DNA of 64,000 bases. Origin: an uncultured Candidatus Binatia bacterium. GTDB taxonomy: Bacteria; Desulfobacterota; Binatia; UBA9968; JAJDTQ01. How positions within the stretch are numbered: position 1 is the stretch's first letter; each line of letters begins with the position of its first letter. The translations under genes and the position numbers were made by a program. The stretch covers positions 1 through 64,000 of the forward strand of contig OZ244070.1 in the NCBI GenBank assembly GCA_965215605.1, in the 5' to 3' direction. The notes below the pieces were generated by a model. It was not told the DNA's origin. It did not search any database and saw only the letters and a list, made by a program, of their open reading frames with translations. Shown here piece after piece: positions 1 through 9,187 of the stretch.

Positions 1-958
1 CGTCGGAAATGTCCGTCCGTTCCTTGATGGTCTTGGTCACGTTGGGGAAGATGCCGTCCCAGTGCGGATAATCGGAGGCGAACACGATGTTCTTGTCCCC
101 GATCCGCTCGATGCCGTAGGGCAGGCTCTCCTCCTCCGGCTCGGCCGCGTAGTACCAGTTTCCCGCCTTCATGTACTCGCTGGGCATGGCCTTGAGCAAC
201 GGCGCTTCCGACTGCCGGTGCTCGTACTCCTCGTCCATCCGATCCATCCAGTAGGGCACCCAGCCGACGCCGCACTCCAGGAACGCGATGCGGAGCTTCG
301 GGAACCGCTCGGGCACGCCGCCGTACATGAGCGCGGCGCAATCCAGCAGGGTCTCGAAGGGACGGCCGATGGTGTGCTTGAACAGGAACGTGTCGAAACG
401 GTTCTCGCCGGCCGGACCCGAGCGCGAGTTGTGGATCAGCAGCGGCACGTCGAGCCGCTCCAGCTCCTCGTAGATGGGCCAGAAGAGCTCCAGACCCAAA
501 TGGTCCTTCATGCCGAAGGTGCCCACCGTGATCCCCACCACGCCGAGCTTGGTGACCGCGCGGTTGATCTCCTCCACCGCCGCCGGCACGTCCTGGAAGG
601 GCGCGACGCCGACGCCCTTGAGCCGTTCCGGCGCCTCGCTGCACATGCTCGAGATCCAGTTGTTGTAGGCGCGCGCGAAGGCTCCCGCGTAGGCCTTCTC
701 CGGCATGCGGTTGACGTGGAACGCGCCGGTGGGAAACAGCACCGACATCTCGATCCCCTCGGTGTCCATGTCGCGCAGGCGCGTGGGAACGTCCGTGATG
801 TTCATCCCCAGGGTGCCGAACATGCTGGAGTCCCACTCGTCCGACGGCAGCAGCGAGCCCTCCCGCTTGTTCCAGGGGTCTTCCATGTGGGCGCGGATGT
901 CCGCGTCCCGGTCCCTGACGTGTCCGTCGGCGTCAATGATCTTGGCGTTCACACTCAT
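1..958 (-). CDS. Amidohydrolase_2 family protein, 3' end runs off the window
   Basis: Read by hand on the minus strand: MSVNAKIIDADGHVRDRD (DxDxH metal motif), later FLECGVGWVPYW. AGGAGG RBS upstream of the ATG at 958. Missing from the ORF track because it has no stop in the window. Confidence 0.85.
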   Translation of the reverse strand, partial: MSVNAKIIDADGHVRDRDADIRAHMEDPWNKREGSLLPSDEWDSSMFGTLGMNITDVPTRLRDMDTEGIEMSVLFPTGAFHVNRMPEKAYAGAFARAYNNWISSMCSEAPERLKGVGVAPFQDVPAAVEEINRAVTKLGVVGITVGTFGMKDHLGLELFWPIYEELERLDVPLLIHNSRSGPAGENRFDTFLFKHTIGRPFETLLDCAALMYGGVPERFPKLRIAFLECGVGWVPYWMDRMDEEYEHRQSEAPLLKAMPSEYMKAGNWYYAAEPEEESLPYGIERIGDKNIVFASDYPHWDGIFPNVTKTIKERTDISD

Positions 959-983
959 AAACGGCCTCCTTCAAGCTTCAAGG

Positions 984-2024
984 TTATTGCGAGAACCGCA
1001 CCTGCGCCGGATTCAGCGCACCGTGCTTCGACTTGTTGGCGGTGATGTCCAGGGCCTCCGGCATCTTCTCGATGCCTTCCAGCTTGTGGGTGATCATGGG
1101 ATCGATGTTGATGCGCTTCTGCGCCACCAGCCGCGCGGCCAGGGTCATCTCCCCGGGGTGGGCCAGCTCCGGCGGGAACATGTAGGTGACCCGCTTGGCC
1201 CGCAGGTAGTTGAAGTCCAGGGTTACCGGCTCGTGAAAGTGCGGGATGCTGAGCACCTTTCCCCCGGCGGCCACGCAGGCCACGGCCTCCGAGACGGTGG
1301 CGCCGCCGGACAGTCCCATCTGCGGGCTGCCGCTGGCGGCCTCGATGACGAAAGGAATGCCTTTGCCGTGGCTCAGGTCCATGACCGCATCGACGACGTT
1401 CTCCCTGGACGCGTCGATGGTGACGTCGATCCCCAGATCCCTCGCCAACTCGAGAATTTCCGGCCGCATGTCGGTGCCGATGACGGTGTCCGCGCCCGCG
1501 GCCTTGGCCGCCTGGGCGGAATTGAGGCCCATGACGCCCTGGCCCAGCACCAGCACGGTGTCTCCCAGCGTTATCCCCAGCACCTGGATATTGTGCACGC
1601 AACTGGTGAGGGGCTGCAACGCCGACACCTCCCAGTCGCTGATGCCGTCGGGAATCTTGGCCAGCGCATCCAGCGGCACCGCCGCATACTCGGAGAACAG
1701 GCCCGGGAAGTCCCGGCCGATGGTGCCGATCTCCGTATGCGTGGCGCCGACCCGGTCGCCCACCGCAAGCCCGTAGGCATTGTCCTTCTCGATATCGACG
1801 ATCTCCGCGCAGAACTCGTGGCCGAACAACGGCTCGGCACCCTGTGCGAGTTTCTTCTTCACCTTGTCATAGCTGTTGGAGCGCTCACCGTAGAAGAGCT
1901 GCACCTCGGTCACCGAGGGCTGCACCACCCGTGTCTTCAAAACCGCCCAGCCGGGCCGGGAGTCGGGTTCCGGCAACTCCTCCAGCCGCATGTCCTTGAA
2001 CGCGTGTGTCACCCAGCCCCGCAT
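984..2024 (-). CDS. Zinc-binding (MDR) alcohol dehydrogenase-like protein, non-canonical
   Basis: GHE motif, GDRV, Rossmann GQGVMG, C-terminal PMITH. The catalytic Cys and the structural Zn loop are absent. Confidence 0.85.
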   Translation of the reverse strand: MRGWVTHAFKDMRLEELPEPDSRPGWAVLKTRVVQPSVTEVQLFYGERSNSYDKVKKKLAQGAEPLFGHEFCAEIVDIEKDNAYGLAVGDRVGATHTEIGTIGRDFPGLFSEYAAVPLDALAKIPDGISDWEVSALQPLTSCVHNIQVLGITLGDTVLVLGQGVMGLNSAQAAKAAGADTVIGTDMRPEILELARDLGIDVTIDASRENVVDAVMDLSHGKGIPFVIEAASGSPQMGLSGGATVSEAVACVAAGGKVLSIPHFHEPVTLDFNYLRAKRVTYMFPPELAHPGEMTLAARLVAQKRINIDPMITHKLEGIEKMPEALDITANKSKHGALNPAQVRFSQ

Positions 2025-2222
2025 GACGCTTCCTTCCTTTCAAAGACGTGACCCATTTCTGCCGTGACAGGCGAGCCGGCGAACTCGCGTCGGTGCGGTC
2101 GTGTCCGGTTCGGGGGCAACGCAGCCCAATCCGTGGGGAACGCTGCTTCCGCTGACTAATAGTGAAAGCCTGAAGGTTTTGCAAGGCAATCGGGCCGGTC
2201 CGTGTCGCGCGGAGGGTCCGGC

Positions 2223-2251
2223 TTGCATGTTCCCCGGCCGCGTTCTATGAT
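2223..2251 (+). promoter_or_regulatory. Sigma70-like promoter of tRNA-Met
   Basis: TTGCAT-N17-TATGAT about 40 nt upstream of the tRNA. Confidence 0.6.
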
Positions 2252-2289
2252 GTATGTCTCTCCTCGCGCGAGCGCGATTCACACACAAT

Positions 2290-2366
2290 GGCGGTGTAGC
2301 TCAGTTGGTCAGAGCACGCGGCTCATATCCGCGGCGTCGCTGGTTCAAGTCCAGCCACCGCCACCA
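2290..2366 (+). tRNA. tRNA-Met (CAT), elongator type
   Basis: Acceptor GGCGGTG/CACCGCC with paired G1-C72, D arm TAGCTCAGTTGGTCAGAGC, anticodon arm CGCGG-CTCATAT-CCGCG, GGTTCAAGTCC T arm, encoded CCA. Confidence 0.93.
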
Positions 2367-2404
2367 TTCATCCCCTCATCAACCCTCTCGACCGCAGCGT
2401 CGGC

Positions 2405-4168
2405 TCATGATTCGGCAGGACGCCCCGGCGGGGCATCCACTTGCACCGTCACGATGTCGGTGTCGTGGTATTGCTGGTGATGGACTCTTGAAGCGAGGTG
2501 GCGGAGCAGCCGGAGCGAGATTTCCCGCTCGTCGGGCGCCTCGACAGGCCCGGTTCCGAGCAGTGCGATGCGGTCCTGGATGTTCTCGGCGCCGGCGGCC
2601 GCGACGAACTCCAGCAGCGCCCCGCCGCCTTGCTTGCGGGCGGTCAGCCGCAGCCGGCGGCGTCCCTTCCCCTCGCCCTCCTCGTCCTGCCGCGTCAGGG
2701 TCAGGAGCGTCTCCTCGCCGGCGGCGTCGAGGCGTTCGGTCATGGCCTTGCCCCAGCCGCCGCGTGAAGCGAAGCCCGCCAGGAACTCACGTATCTTGGG
2801 CAGCGCTTCCATTCCGAACTCTACCTCCATTCGGCTCGGGCGGGGCGCGGTCAACTCCACGAACAGCGTCATGAGGATGGCCACCAAGCCTCCGGCGGTC
2901 ATGCCGTTCTGCAGCAGCCCTCCCGCGAAATCGGCGAAGTACTCGGGGAAGATGACCTCGTTCTGGAAGCCGACCCCGGCCCAGAAAGACACGCCCACGA
3001 TGAGCCCGGTACGGTAGTCGAGATCTCCGTGGACCACCACCTTCATGCCGACGACGAACAGCATGGCCAGCAGCACGGTGGCATAGGCGGCCACCACCGG
3101 GTTCGGGACCGCCAGAACGACGGCCAGGGCCTTGGGCAGGAAGGCCAGCGCCATGAAGATGATGCCGATGGCGACGCCGACCCGGCGGGATGCGACTCCG
3201 GTCAGCTCAGTAACGGAGATGCTCGTGGAGTAGGTCGTATTCGGCACCGTCCCGGCGAGGCCCGACAACAGGTTGCCCACGCCGTCCGCCCCCACCGCCC
3301 CCTGCACCGTGCGGAAGTCCACGGCCCGCTCACCGCGCCAGGATACCCGTTGGATGGCCACGGCATCCCCGATGGTCTCGATGGCGCCCACCAAGGTCAC
3401 GAACACGAACGCCGGCAGGAGGGACCAGAAAACCGCTCCGAAACCCAGATCCAGGCCCGGCCACTCTCCGTCCGGCAGTCCGATCCAGGACGCCTCGGCT
3501 ATGAGCGCCCCGTTGTAGAGACCGAAAATGCCGGCCACAACCGAGCCCGCCGCCACGCCGATGACCGGCGCCCAGAGGCGCAATGCCCCCGTGGCCTTCA
3601 GAGCGATGCAGGCGATCACCACGACGGTGACGAAAGCGCTCAGCGGCGCCGCCACCGCCGGCGCGCCTTCCGGCACATCGTTCAACAGGCCGAAGATGAT
3701 CGGCATCACCGTCACCGGTATCAGCATGATCACGGTGCCCGCTACCGCGGGCGTCAGAACCCGCCGCAACAGGGACAGCCGCGATGCAAGCAAGAACTGG
3801 AAGAACGACGACACCAGCACCAGGGTGGCCAGCATGGCGGGGCCGCCCTCGGCCAGCGCCGTGACACATACCGCGATGAAGGCGCCCGACGTGCCCATCA
3901 GAAGCACGTGGCCGGCGCCGAAGCGGCCGACCCGCACGGCCTGCAGCACGGTGGTGACCCCGCTGACGGCCACGGCGGCAAACACCGCCCAGGACAGGAA
4001 CGCTTCGCTGCCGCCGGCAGCGCGGACCACGATGACCGGAGTCAGCACGATGCCGGCGACACAGAGAATCGCGAGTTGGAGGCCCAGCCCGGCCGCAAGC
4101 GCGGCCGGCGGATTCTCATCGGGTTGGTAACGAATGCTCGCGCGGTGGTGGGATTCGTCGGTCTGCAT
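2405..4168 (-). CDS. NCS2 xanthine/uracil permease with a C-terminal soluble RsbW/HATPase-like extension
   Basis: Start MQTDESHH after GGAGG. GLGLQ, ETIGD, ADGVGNLLSGLAGTVPNTTYS and TGVASRRV are NCS2 signatures. About 140-aa soluble tail. Confidence 0.88.
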   Translation of the reverse strand: MQTDESHHRASIRYQPDENPPAALAAGLGLQLAILCVAGIVLTPVIVVRAAGGSEAFLSWAVFAAVAVSGVTTVLQAVRVGRFGAGHVLLMGTSGAFIAVCVTALAEGGPAMLATLVLVSSFFQFLLASRLSLLRRVLTPAVAGTVIMLIPVTVMPIIFGLLNDVPEGAPAVAAPLSAFVTVVVIACIALKATGALRLWAPVIGVAAGSVVAGIFGLYNGALIAEASWIGLPDGEWPGLDLGFGAVFWSLLPAFVFVTLVGAIETIGDAVAIQRVSWRGERAVDFRTVQGAVGADGVGNLLSGLAGTVPNTTYSTSISVTELTGVASRRVGVAIGIIFMALAFLPKALAVVLAVPNPVVAAYATVLLAMLFVVGMKVVVHGDLDYRTGLIVGVSFWAGVGFQNEVIFPEYFADFAGGLLQNGMTAGGLVAILMTLFVELTAPRPSRMEVEFGMEALPKIREFLAGFASRGGWGKAMTERLDAAGEETLLTLTRQDEEGEGKGRRRLRLTARKQGGGALLEFVAAAGAENIQDRIALLGTGPVEAPDEREISLRLLRHLASRVHHQQYHDTDIVTVQVDAPPGRPAES

Positions 4169-4409
4169 CGGATGCCCTCCCGGAGAACCGGCCCCTGGCT
4201 GATGCGCCGTGTCGGCGCAAGCCCGGAGCATATCAGACCATTCTGGACCGGCCAATGTCGACATGGAGAATGGACCTGCCGGCCGGTTTCGTAGTAGACT
4301 CCTGCCGATTCCGCTTTGCGGGGGGTCGCGCCGGACTCGGCCATGCCTGCGAAAGGTGTGCCGTTGGCCGCCTTGCAGCCGCGGGGTCGCGCGGACAGAG
4401 GAGGTACTC

Positions 4410-5588
4410 TTGATCGACAAGACGCGTCTCAAGGAGCGCGTGCTGGAGTTGGTGCGGATCGACAGCCTGTCCCGCAAGGAGGGGGCCATCGCCGTGCGGC
4501 TCAGGGACATGGTCGAAGGGTTGGGCGGCGCCGTCTTCATGGACGACGCGGGGGCCGCGGTCGGAGGCGAGGTGGGGAATCTCGTCGCCCGCTTCGACGG
4601 CAACGTGGACGGCGCCGAGCCGATGCTGCTGTCGGCGCACATGGACACGGTGGCCCCGGGCGAGGGAGTCGTCCCGGTGGTGGACGGCGACGTGATCCGT
4701 AGCGACGGGAACACGGTGCTCGGGGGCGACGACAAGAGCGGCATCGCCATCATCCTGGAAGTGCTCGAGGCCCTGCGCGAGGAGGAGTTGCCGCACGGGC
4801 ACATCGATGTGGTCTTCACCATATGCGAGGAGGTCGGCCTCCTGGGCGCGAAGCATCTCGACCTGAGCCTCGTTCGCGCGAAGACCGGCCTGGTGCTGGA
4901 CAGCGACTCCATCGGATTCCTCATCACCAAGGCGCCGGCGGCCAACCTCGTGGAGATCGAGGTCCACGGTCTGGAGGCCCACGCCGGCATCTGCCCGGAA
5001 CGGGGCATCAGCGCGCTCCAGGTAGCCGCCCGCGGTATCGCGGCCATGCAACTCGGACGGATCGACGAGGACACCACGGCCAACCTGGGCCTGGTGAGCG
5101 GCGGCACGGCCGTGAACATCGTGCCGAACCGGGTGGCGCTCACCGGCGAAGTGCGCAGCCACGACGAGGACAAGCTCGAACGGCAGACGCAGGCGATGGT
5201 CGCCTGCCTGGAGGAGGCCGCCGGCGCCGCCGCCCTGGAACTGGACGGCCGCCGCCACGAAGCGCGCGTGGAATCCCGCGTCCGGCGGCAATACGACCGG
5301 ATGGACGTGCCCGACGAGACCGCCATCGTCCGGCGCGTTCGCGAGGCGGCGCGCAATCTGGATTTCGCTCTCGACACCGTCGCCAAGGGCGGCGGATGCG
5401 ACGCGAACGTATTGAACCAGCGGGGGCTTCAGGTCGCCAACCTGGCCAGCGGCATGCGGGACATCCACACGGTCCATGAATGGCTCGATGTCAACGACCT
5501 GGTGGCCGCCGCCCGGATCATCCACGAAGTCGTCCGGCTGGAAGGAGCCCGTCAAGCATGCTTGGACGCGAGCTTGAAACACTCCTGA
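4410..5588 (+). CDS. M20/M25/M40 metallopeptidase (peptidase T-like)
   Basis: TTG start after GAGGAGG. SAHMDTV, GGDDKSG, CEEVG, AHAG, GGGCDAN and DIHT motifs. Confidence 0.9.
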   Translation: MIDKTRLKERVLELVRIDSLSRKEGAIAVRLRDMVEGLGGAVFMDDAGAAVGGEVGNLVARFDGNVDGAEPMLLSAHMDTVAPGEGVVPVVDGDVIRSDGNTVLGGDDKSGIAIILEVLEALREEELPHGHIDVVFTICEEVGLLGAKHLDLSLVRAKTGLVLDSDSIGFLITKAPAANLVEIEVHGLEAHAGICPERGISALQVAARGIAAMQLGRIDEDTTANLGLVSGGTAVNIVPNRVALTGEVRSHDEDKLERQTQAMVACLEEAAGAAALELDGRRHEARVESRVRRQYDRMDVPDETAIVRRVREAARNLDFALDTVAKGGGCDANVLNQRGLQVANLASGMRDIHTVHEWLDVNDLVAAARIIHEVVRLEGARQACLDASLKHS

Positions 5589-7003
5589 AGGAAGAGCGGG
5601 GGCAGTTCTTCGAGTTCATCAGCGCTTTCGAACAGAAGAAGCGCGGCACTCAGACGAAACGGCCTCGAGACTTGGCCCGCGAAATCGCGCGCATCCTGAA
5701 CGGCATGAGCAATGCCGACGGCGGCGTGCTCCTCGTGGGCGTGGAGCCCGACAAGAGCCTCACCGGGCTCCCCTATTCCGAGCCGGAAATCCGGGAGCTC
5801 GGGGAGGTGCCTCGGAGCCTCCTCAGTCCGCCGCTCTCGTCCCTCCACGAACGTATCGACATCGGCAACCTGCTGCTGCTCCGTTTCGAGGTGAGCCCGG
5901 GACTGGAGATCCGCCGGGTGGCCAGCGGCAGGACGTTCTACCGGATCGCCTCGGAGAACCCGGCGGTGTCGCCGGAGCAGATCCGGCTCCTGAAGGACGC
6001 GAAGCTGTCGTACTCCTACGAACGGCAGCATGTCCACGGCGCCGCCTGGGAGGACCTGGACGACGCCGCGCTGGAGTCCTTCGCGGAACGCGTCGATCCG
6101 CAGGCAGACCCCCGGTCGTTGCTGACCCGTACCTATCACCTGGTCCGCGGCCCCGGGGAACGGCCCGAGGTTTCCATGGCCGCCCTGCTTCTGTTCGCCG
6201 CCGAACCGACCCGGTGGCACCCGCGCTGCGGCATCGACTTCGTCAAGTACGAGGGCACCGAACGAAACTACGGAGAATCCCTGAACGTGGTGAAGCGGGT
6301 GCGCATCGACCAGCCGTTGTGGACCCTCATCGACGAGGCCGTGGGACGCATCAAGGAGCACATCCGCGAACGCATGGTGCTCCACGACCTGTTCTTCCGA
6401 GAGCGCCTGGAATACCCGTCCTTTGCCTGGCAGGAAGCTCTGGTCAACGCCGTCGCCCACCGCGATTACGCCATCACCGGCGCGGGGGTAGAGCTCTGGA
6501 TGTTCGAGGACCGGCTGGAAGCACGGAGCCCGGGCGCGCTGCCCGCGCCCGTGGCCGTGGACCATCTGAACCGGCAGCAGCGAGTGCACTTCTCGCGCAA
6601 CCCGCTGCTGGTGCGGGTGCTGTCGGACCTGGGCTACATGCGCGAGATCGGCGAAGGCGTGCCGCGCATGTTCCAGGAAATGGAGCACAACGCGCTCCGG
6701 CCGCCGGAGTTCTCCACCGACGGCTTCTTCTTCACCGTGACGCTGCGCAACACTCCCGTCTACGACGATGAGACGCTGCGGTGGCTCGACCACTTCGACC
6801 GCTCCCGACTCGGCCCGCGCCAACAGCGATTGCTGGTGTACGCGCTGTCCCACGACAAGCTGCTTTCCACGGCCGACTACCAGCGCGTCGCCGAGGTCGA
6901 CCGCGACACCGCCTACCGCGACATCCGCGGGCTGGTGAAAATGGGCATCCTCGCCCCCATCAAGCCCAAGAGCCGCACCTACCGGGTGGTGGAACCGATA
7001 TGA
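5558..7003 (+). CDS. Schlafen/AlbA_2 + HATPase_c_4 (RecG-C-like) + wHTH protein
   Basis: MSNADGGVLLVGV, EYPSFAWQEALVNAVAHRDY, RSPG, SRNPLL, GEGVPRM, C-terminal TAYRDIRGLVKMG HTH. Confidence 0.85.
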   Translation: MLGRELETLLKEERGQFFEFISAFEQKKRGTQTKRPRDLAREIARILNGMSNADGGVLLVGVEPDKSLTGLPYSEPEIRELGEVPRSLLSPPLSSLHERIDIGNLLLLRFEVSPGLEIRRVASGRTFYRIASENPAVSPEQIRLLKDAKLSYSYERQHVHGAAWEDLDDAALESFAERVDPQADPRSLLTRTYHLVRGPGERPEVSMAALLLFAAEPTRWHPRCGIDFVKYEGTERNYGESLNVVKRVRIDQPLWTLIDEAVGRIKEHIRERMVLHDLFFRERLEYPSFAWQEALVNAVAHRDYAITGAGVELWMFEDRLEARSPGALPAPVAVDHLNRQQRVHFSRNPLLVRVLSDLGYMREIGEGVPRMFQEMEHNALRPPEFSTDGFFFTVTLRNTPVYDDETLRWLDHFDRSRLGPRQQRLLVYALSHDKLLSTADYQRVAEVDRDTAYRDIRGLVKMGILAPIKPKSRTYRVVEPI

Positions 7004-8004
7004 GCGACGGCTATGCCCGGCTGGCGGAAATCGCCGGCGGGTACGTGGAGGCGCGAATCCTGCAGGCTGCCGTGGCGCTGGGGGTGTTCGACGCCCTGCG
7101 GGACGACAAGAACGCCGACGCGGCCGCGGTGGCGGGCGCCATCGGCGCCGACGGCCGCGCCACCGGCCTGCTGCTGGACGCCTTGGCGGTCATGGGACTG
7201 CTGGACAGGGACCGCCGGCGCTACTGTCTCACCGAGCTGTCGGCCACCTATCTGACAAGCGGCTCGACCAGGGACTTCAGCGGCATGGTCCGCTTCGACG
7301 CGCTGTCGTGGGACGCCTGGGGCAGGCTGGAAGACGCGGTGCGCACCGGACGGCCCGCGCGCAGGCCGGACATGTACCAGGGCGACGAAGCCGAGATCCG
7401 GATCTTCATCGAAGCCATGGATTCACTGGTCCGGGCGCGGGGCGACGCGGAGGTGACGGCGGGCATCCTGGACCTCCGCGACCCGCGGCGGCTGCTCGAC
7501 GTGGGCCCCGGACCGGCCACCTATCCCGTGGCTCTGTGCCGCCGTTATCCCAACCTGCGCGCGACCCTGTACGACCTGCCCGGGACCCTGCGCATCACCG
7601 AGCGCTACGTCCAAGCGTCGGACGTGGCCGGCCGCGTCGAATACGTTGCCGGGGACTATCGGACGGACGCCGTTCCGGGCGGCTACGACGTGGTTTTTCT
7701 GTCCAACATCATCCACGGAGAAAATGAGGTCACCAATGCGGCTTTGATGGAGAAGCTCTCGAAATCATTGGTTTCGGGCGGGCGCCTCATCATCAAGGAC
7801 CACATCCTGGAAGGAGGCCGCGCGGAGACCGATGCGGGCGCCGTCTTCAGTCTGCTGATGCTGCTGACGACCAGCGGCGGGCGTTGCTATTCCCTGGGCG
7901 AAGTCCGGGGCTGGCTCGAACGTGGGGGGCTGGTGGATGTGGAGCGGGTGGAACTGCCTGCGCCGCTGACCTCGTCCCTGGTCATCGGGCGCAAGCCCGG
8001 ATAG
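7000..8004 (+). CDS. SAM-dependent O-methyltransferase (Methyltransf_2 with dimerisation domain)
   Basis: ATGA overlap with the upstream stop. LLDVGPGPA, YDLP, AGDY, FLSNIIH motifs. Confidence 0.88.
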   Translation: MSDGYARLAEIAGGYVEARILQAAVALGVFDALRDDKNADAAAVAGAIGADGRATGLLLDALAVMGLLDRDRRRYCLTELSATYLTSGSTRDFSGMVRFDALSWDAWGRLEDAVRTGRPARRPDMYQGDEAEIRIFIEAMDSLVRARGDAEVTAGILDLRDPRRLLDVGPGPATYPVALCRRYPNLRATLYDLPGTLRITERYVQASDVAGRVEYVAGDYRTDAVPGGYDVVFLSNIIHGENEVTNAALMEKLSKSLVSGGRLIIKDHILEGGRAETDAGAVFSLLMLLTTSGGRCYSLGEVRGWLERGGLVDVERVELPAPLTSSLVIGRKPG

Positions 8005-8029
8005 GAGCGGATTCGAAACCCGCCCTTAC
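8001..8029. repeat. Degenerate REP-like palindrome between convergent genes
   Basis: ATAGGAGCGGATTCGAAACCCGCCCTTAC, an imperfect hairpin resembling GTAG-type REPs. Confidence 0.35.
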
Positions 8030-8187
8030 GATTCCAGAACGGCGCCGGGGGAGATCTTGAAGGCCTTGTCCAGCACCTTGGCGCGCGCCTGGTCGCCCCT
8101 CGCGCCCTGAAGCTTCACACGAAGCTTGGCCAAACTCTTCCGGCGCCTGCGCCGCCGCTTTATTTCCATCATTCTCTGGAGAGGCAT
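8026..8187 (-). CDS. Small highly basic protein (53 aa), DUF6800-like
   Basis: MPLQRMMEIKRRRRRRKSLAKLRVKLQGARGDQARAKVLDKAFKISPGAVLES*. Below the ORF-track cutoff. Fills the gap downstream of fbaB. Confidence 0.7.
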   Translation of the reverse strand: MPLQRMMEIKRRRRRRKSLAKLRVKLQGARGDQARAKVLDKAFKISPGAVLES

Positions 8188-8241
8188 GCCGATGACGGTT
8201 AACACAGGCGCACACGGGTCGCAACTCCCCGCCGGCTACCC

Positions 8242-9165
8242 TCAGACCGCCTCGCCGGCGTAGATGCGCATCACCTTGTCGAGGAGCGCGATGGCGTCGG
8301 GCTTGCTCCGCTGGAAGGAGTTGCGCCCAATGATGGAGCCGAACCCGCCCCCCTGGTGGATGGCGCGTATCTCCGCCAGCACGGCCTCGTCCGTGGCGGC
8401 GGGGCCGCCCGAGAAGATGACGATGCGGCGGCCGTCGAAGGCCGACTGGACCACGTGGCGGATCCGGTCCGCGGGATCGGCAAGGGGGACGCCTTCCTTC
8501 TCGTAGACCTTGCGCGCCGCGTCCTGCTCGACGTTCTCGCCAGGGAACTTCACCTTGATGATGTGGGCGCCGAGTTGGGCGGCGATCTGGGCCGCGTAGG
8601 CGCACACGTCGACGGCCGCCTCGCCGGCCTTGCTGAGCCCCGAGCCCCGGGGATACGACCAGATCACCACCGCCAGACCGTGGCGCTTGGCCTCCCGGGC
8701 GATGTCGCGAATCTGCTCGTACATCCCGAAACGGTGCTCCGAGCCGGGATAGATGGTGAACCCCACGGCCACGCATCCCAAGCGCAGCGCGTCCTCCACG
8801 CTGGAGGTGACGGCCTGGGTCGGGTCCCTCTCGTCGTTCAGGAGATCGTGGTTGTTGACCTTGAGAATGAGCGGCACCTCGCCGGCGAACTCCCGGGCGC
8901 CCGCCTCCAGAAAACCCAGCGGCGCCGCGTAGGCGTTGCAGCCCGCGGCCAAGGCCAACTCGAAGTGATAGCGGGGGTCGTATCCCGCGGGGTTGGGAGC
9001 GAAACTGCGCGCCGGGCCGTGCTCGAAGCCCTGGTCCACGGGCAGGATCACGAACTTGCCGGTGCCGCCGAGGCGGCCGTGGTTGAGCATCCGGGCCAGG
9101 TTGGTCAGGGTCCCGGGATTGTCGCTGCCGTACCAACTCAGAACCTCTCGTACTCTCTCGGTCAT
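8242..9165 (-). CDS. fbaB: Class I fructose-bisphosphate aldolase (DhnA family)
   Basis: ILPVDQGFEHGP, WSYPRG, AHIIKVK (Schiff-base Lys), FSGG, GSIIGRNSFQR. Adjacent to fbp. Confidence 0.92.
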   Translation of the reverse strand: MTERVREVLSWYGSDNPGTLTNLARMLNHGRLGGTGKFVILPVDQGFEHGPARSFAPNPAGYDPRYHFELALAAGCNAYAAPLGFLEAGAREFAGEVPLILKVNNHDLLNDERDPTQAVTSSVEDALRLGCVAVGFTIYPGSEHRFGMYEQIRDIAREAKRHGLAVVIWSYPRGSGLSKAGEAAVDVCAYAAQIAAQLGAHIIKVKFPGENVEQDAARKVYEKEGVPLADPADRIRHVVQSAFDGRRIVIFSGGPAATDEAVLAEIRAIHQGGGFGSIIGRNSFQRSKPDAIALLDKVMRIYAGEAV

Positions 9166-9187
9166 CGCTCAGCCTCCTCGGGCGGTC

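Noticed and set aside
62-2051. Long plus-strand ORFs (62..1045, 705..2051) and many similar long ORFs window-wide (30512..32464, 33375..35348, 37941..40025, 40047..42764, 55744..57957)
   Set aside because: Antisense shadows of real genes in GC-rich DNA, with no motifs.
2290-2366. Initiator tRNA-fMet or tRNA-Ile2 assignment
   Set aside because: G1-C72 is paired and the three consecutive G-C anticodon-stem pairs are absent. The acceptor stem fits elongator Met better.
4169-5386. Apparent 993-aa permease with a 400-aa N-terminal extension
   Set aside because: The extension is antisense to the M20 peptidase. The real start at 4168 has an RBS.
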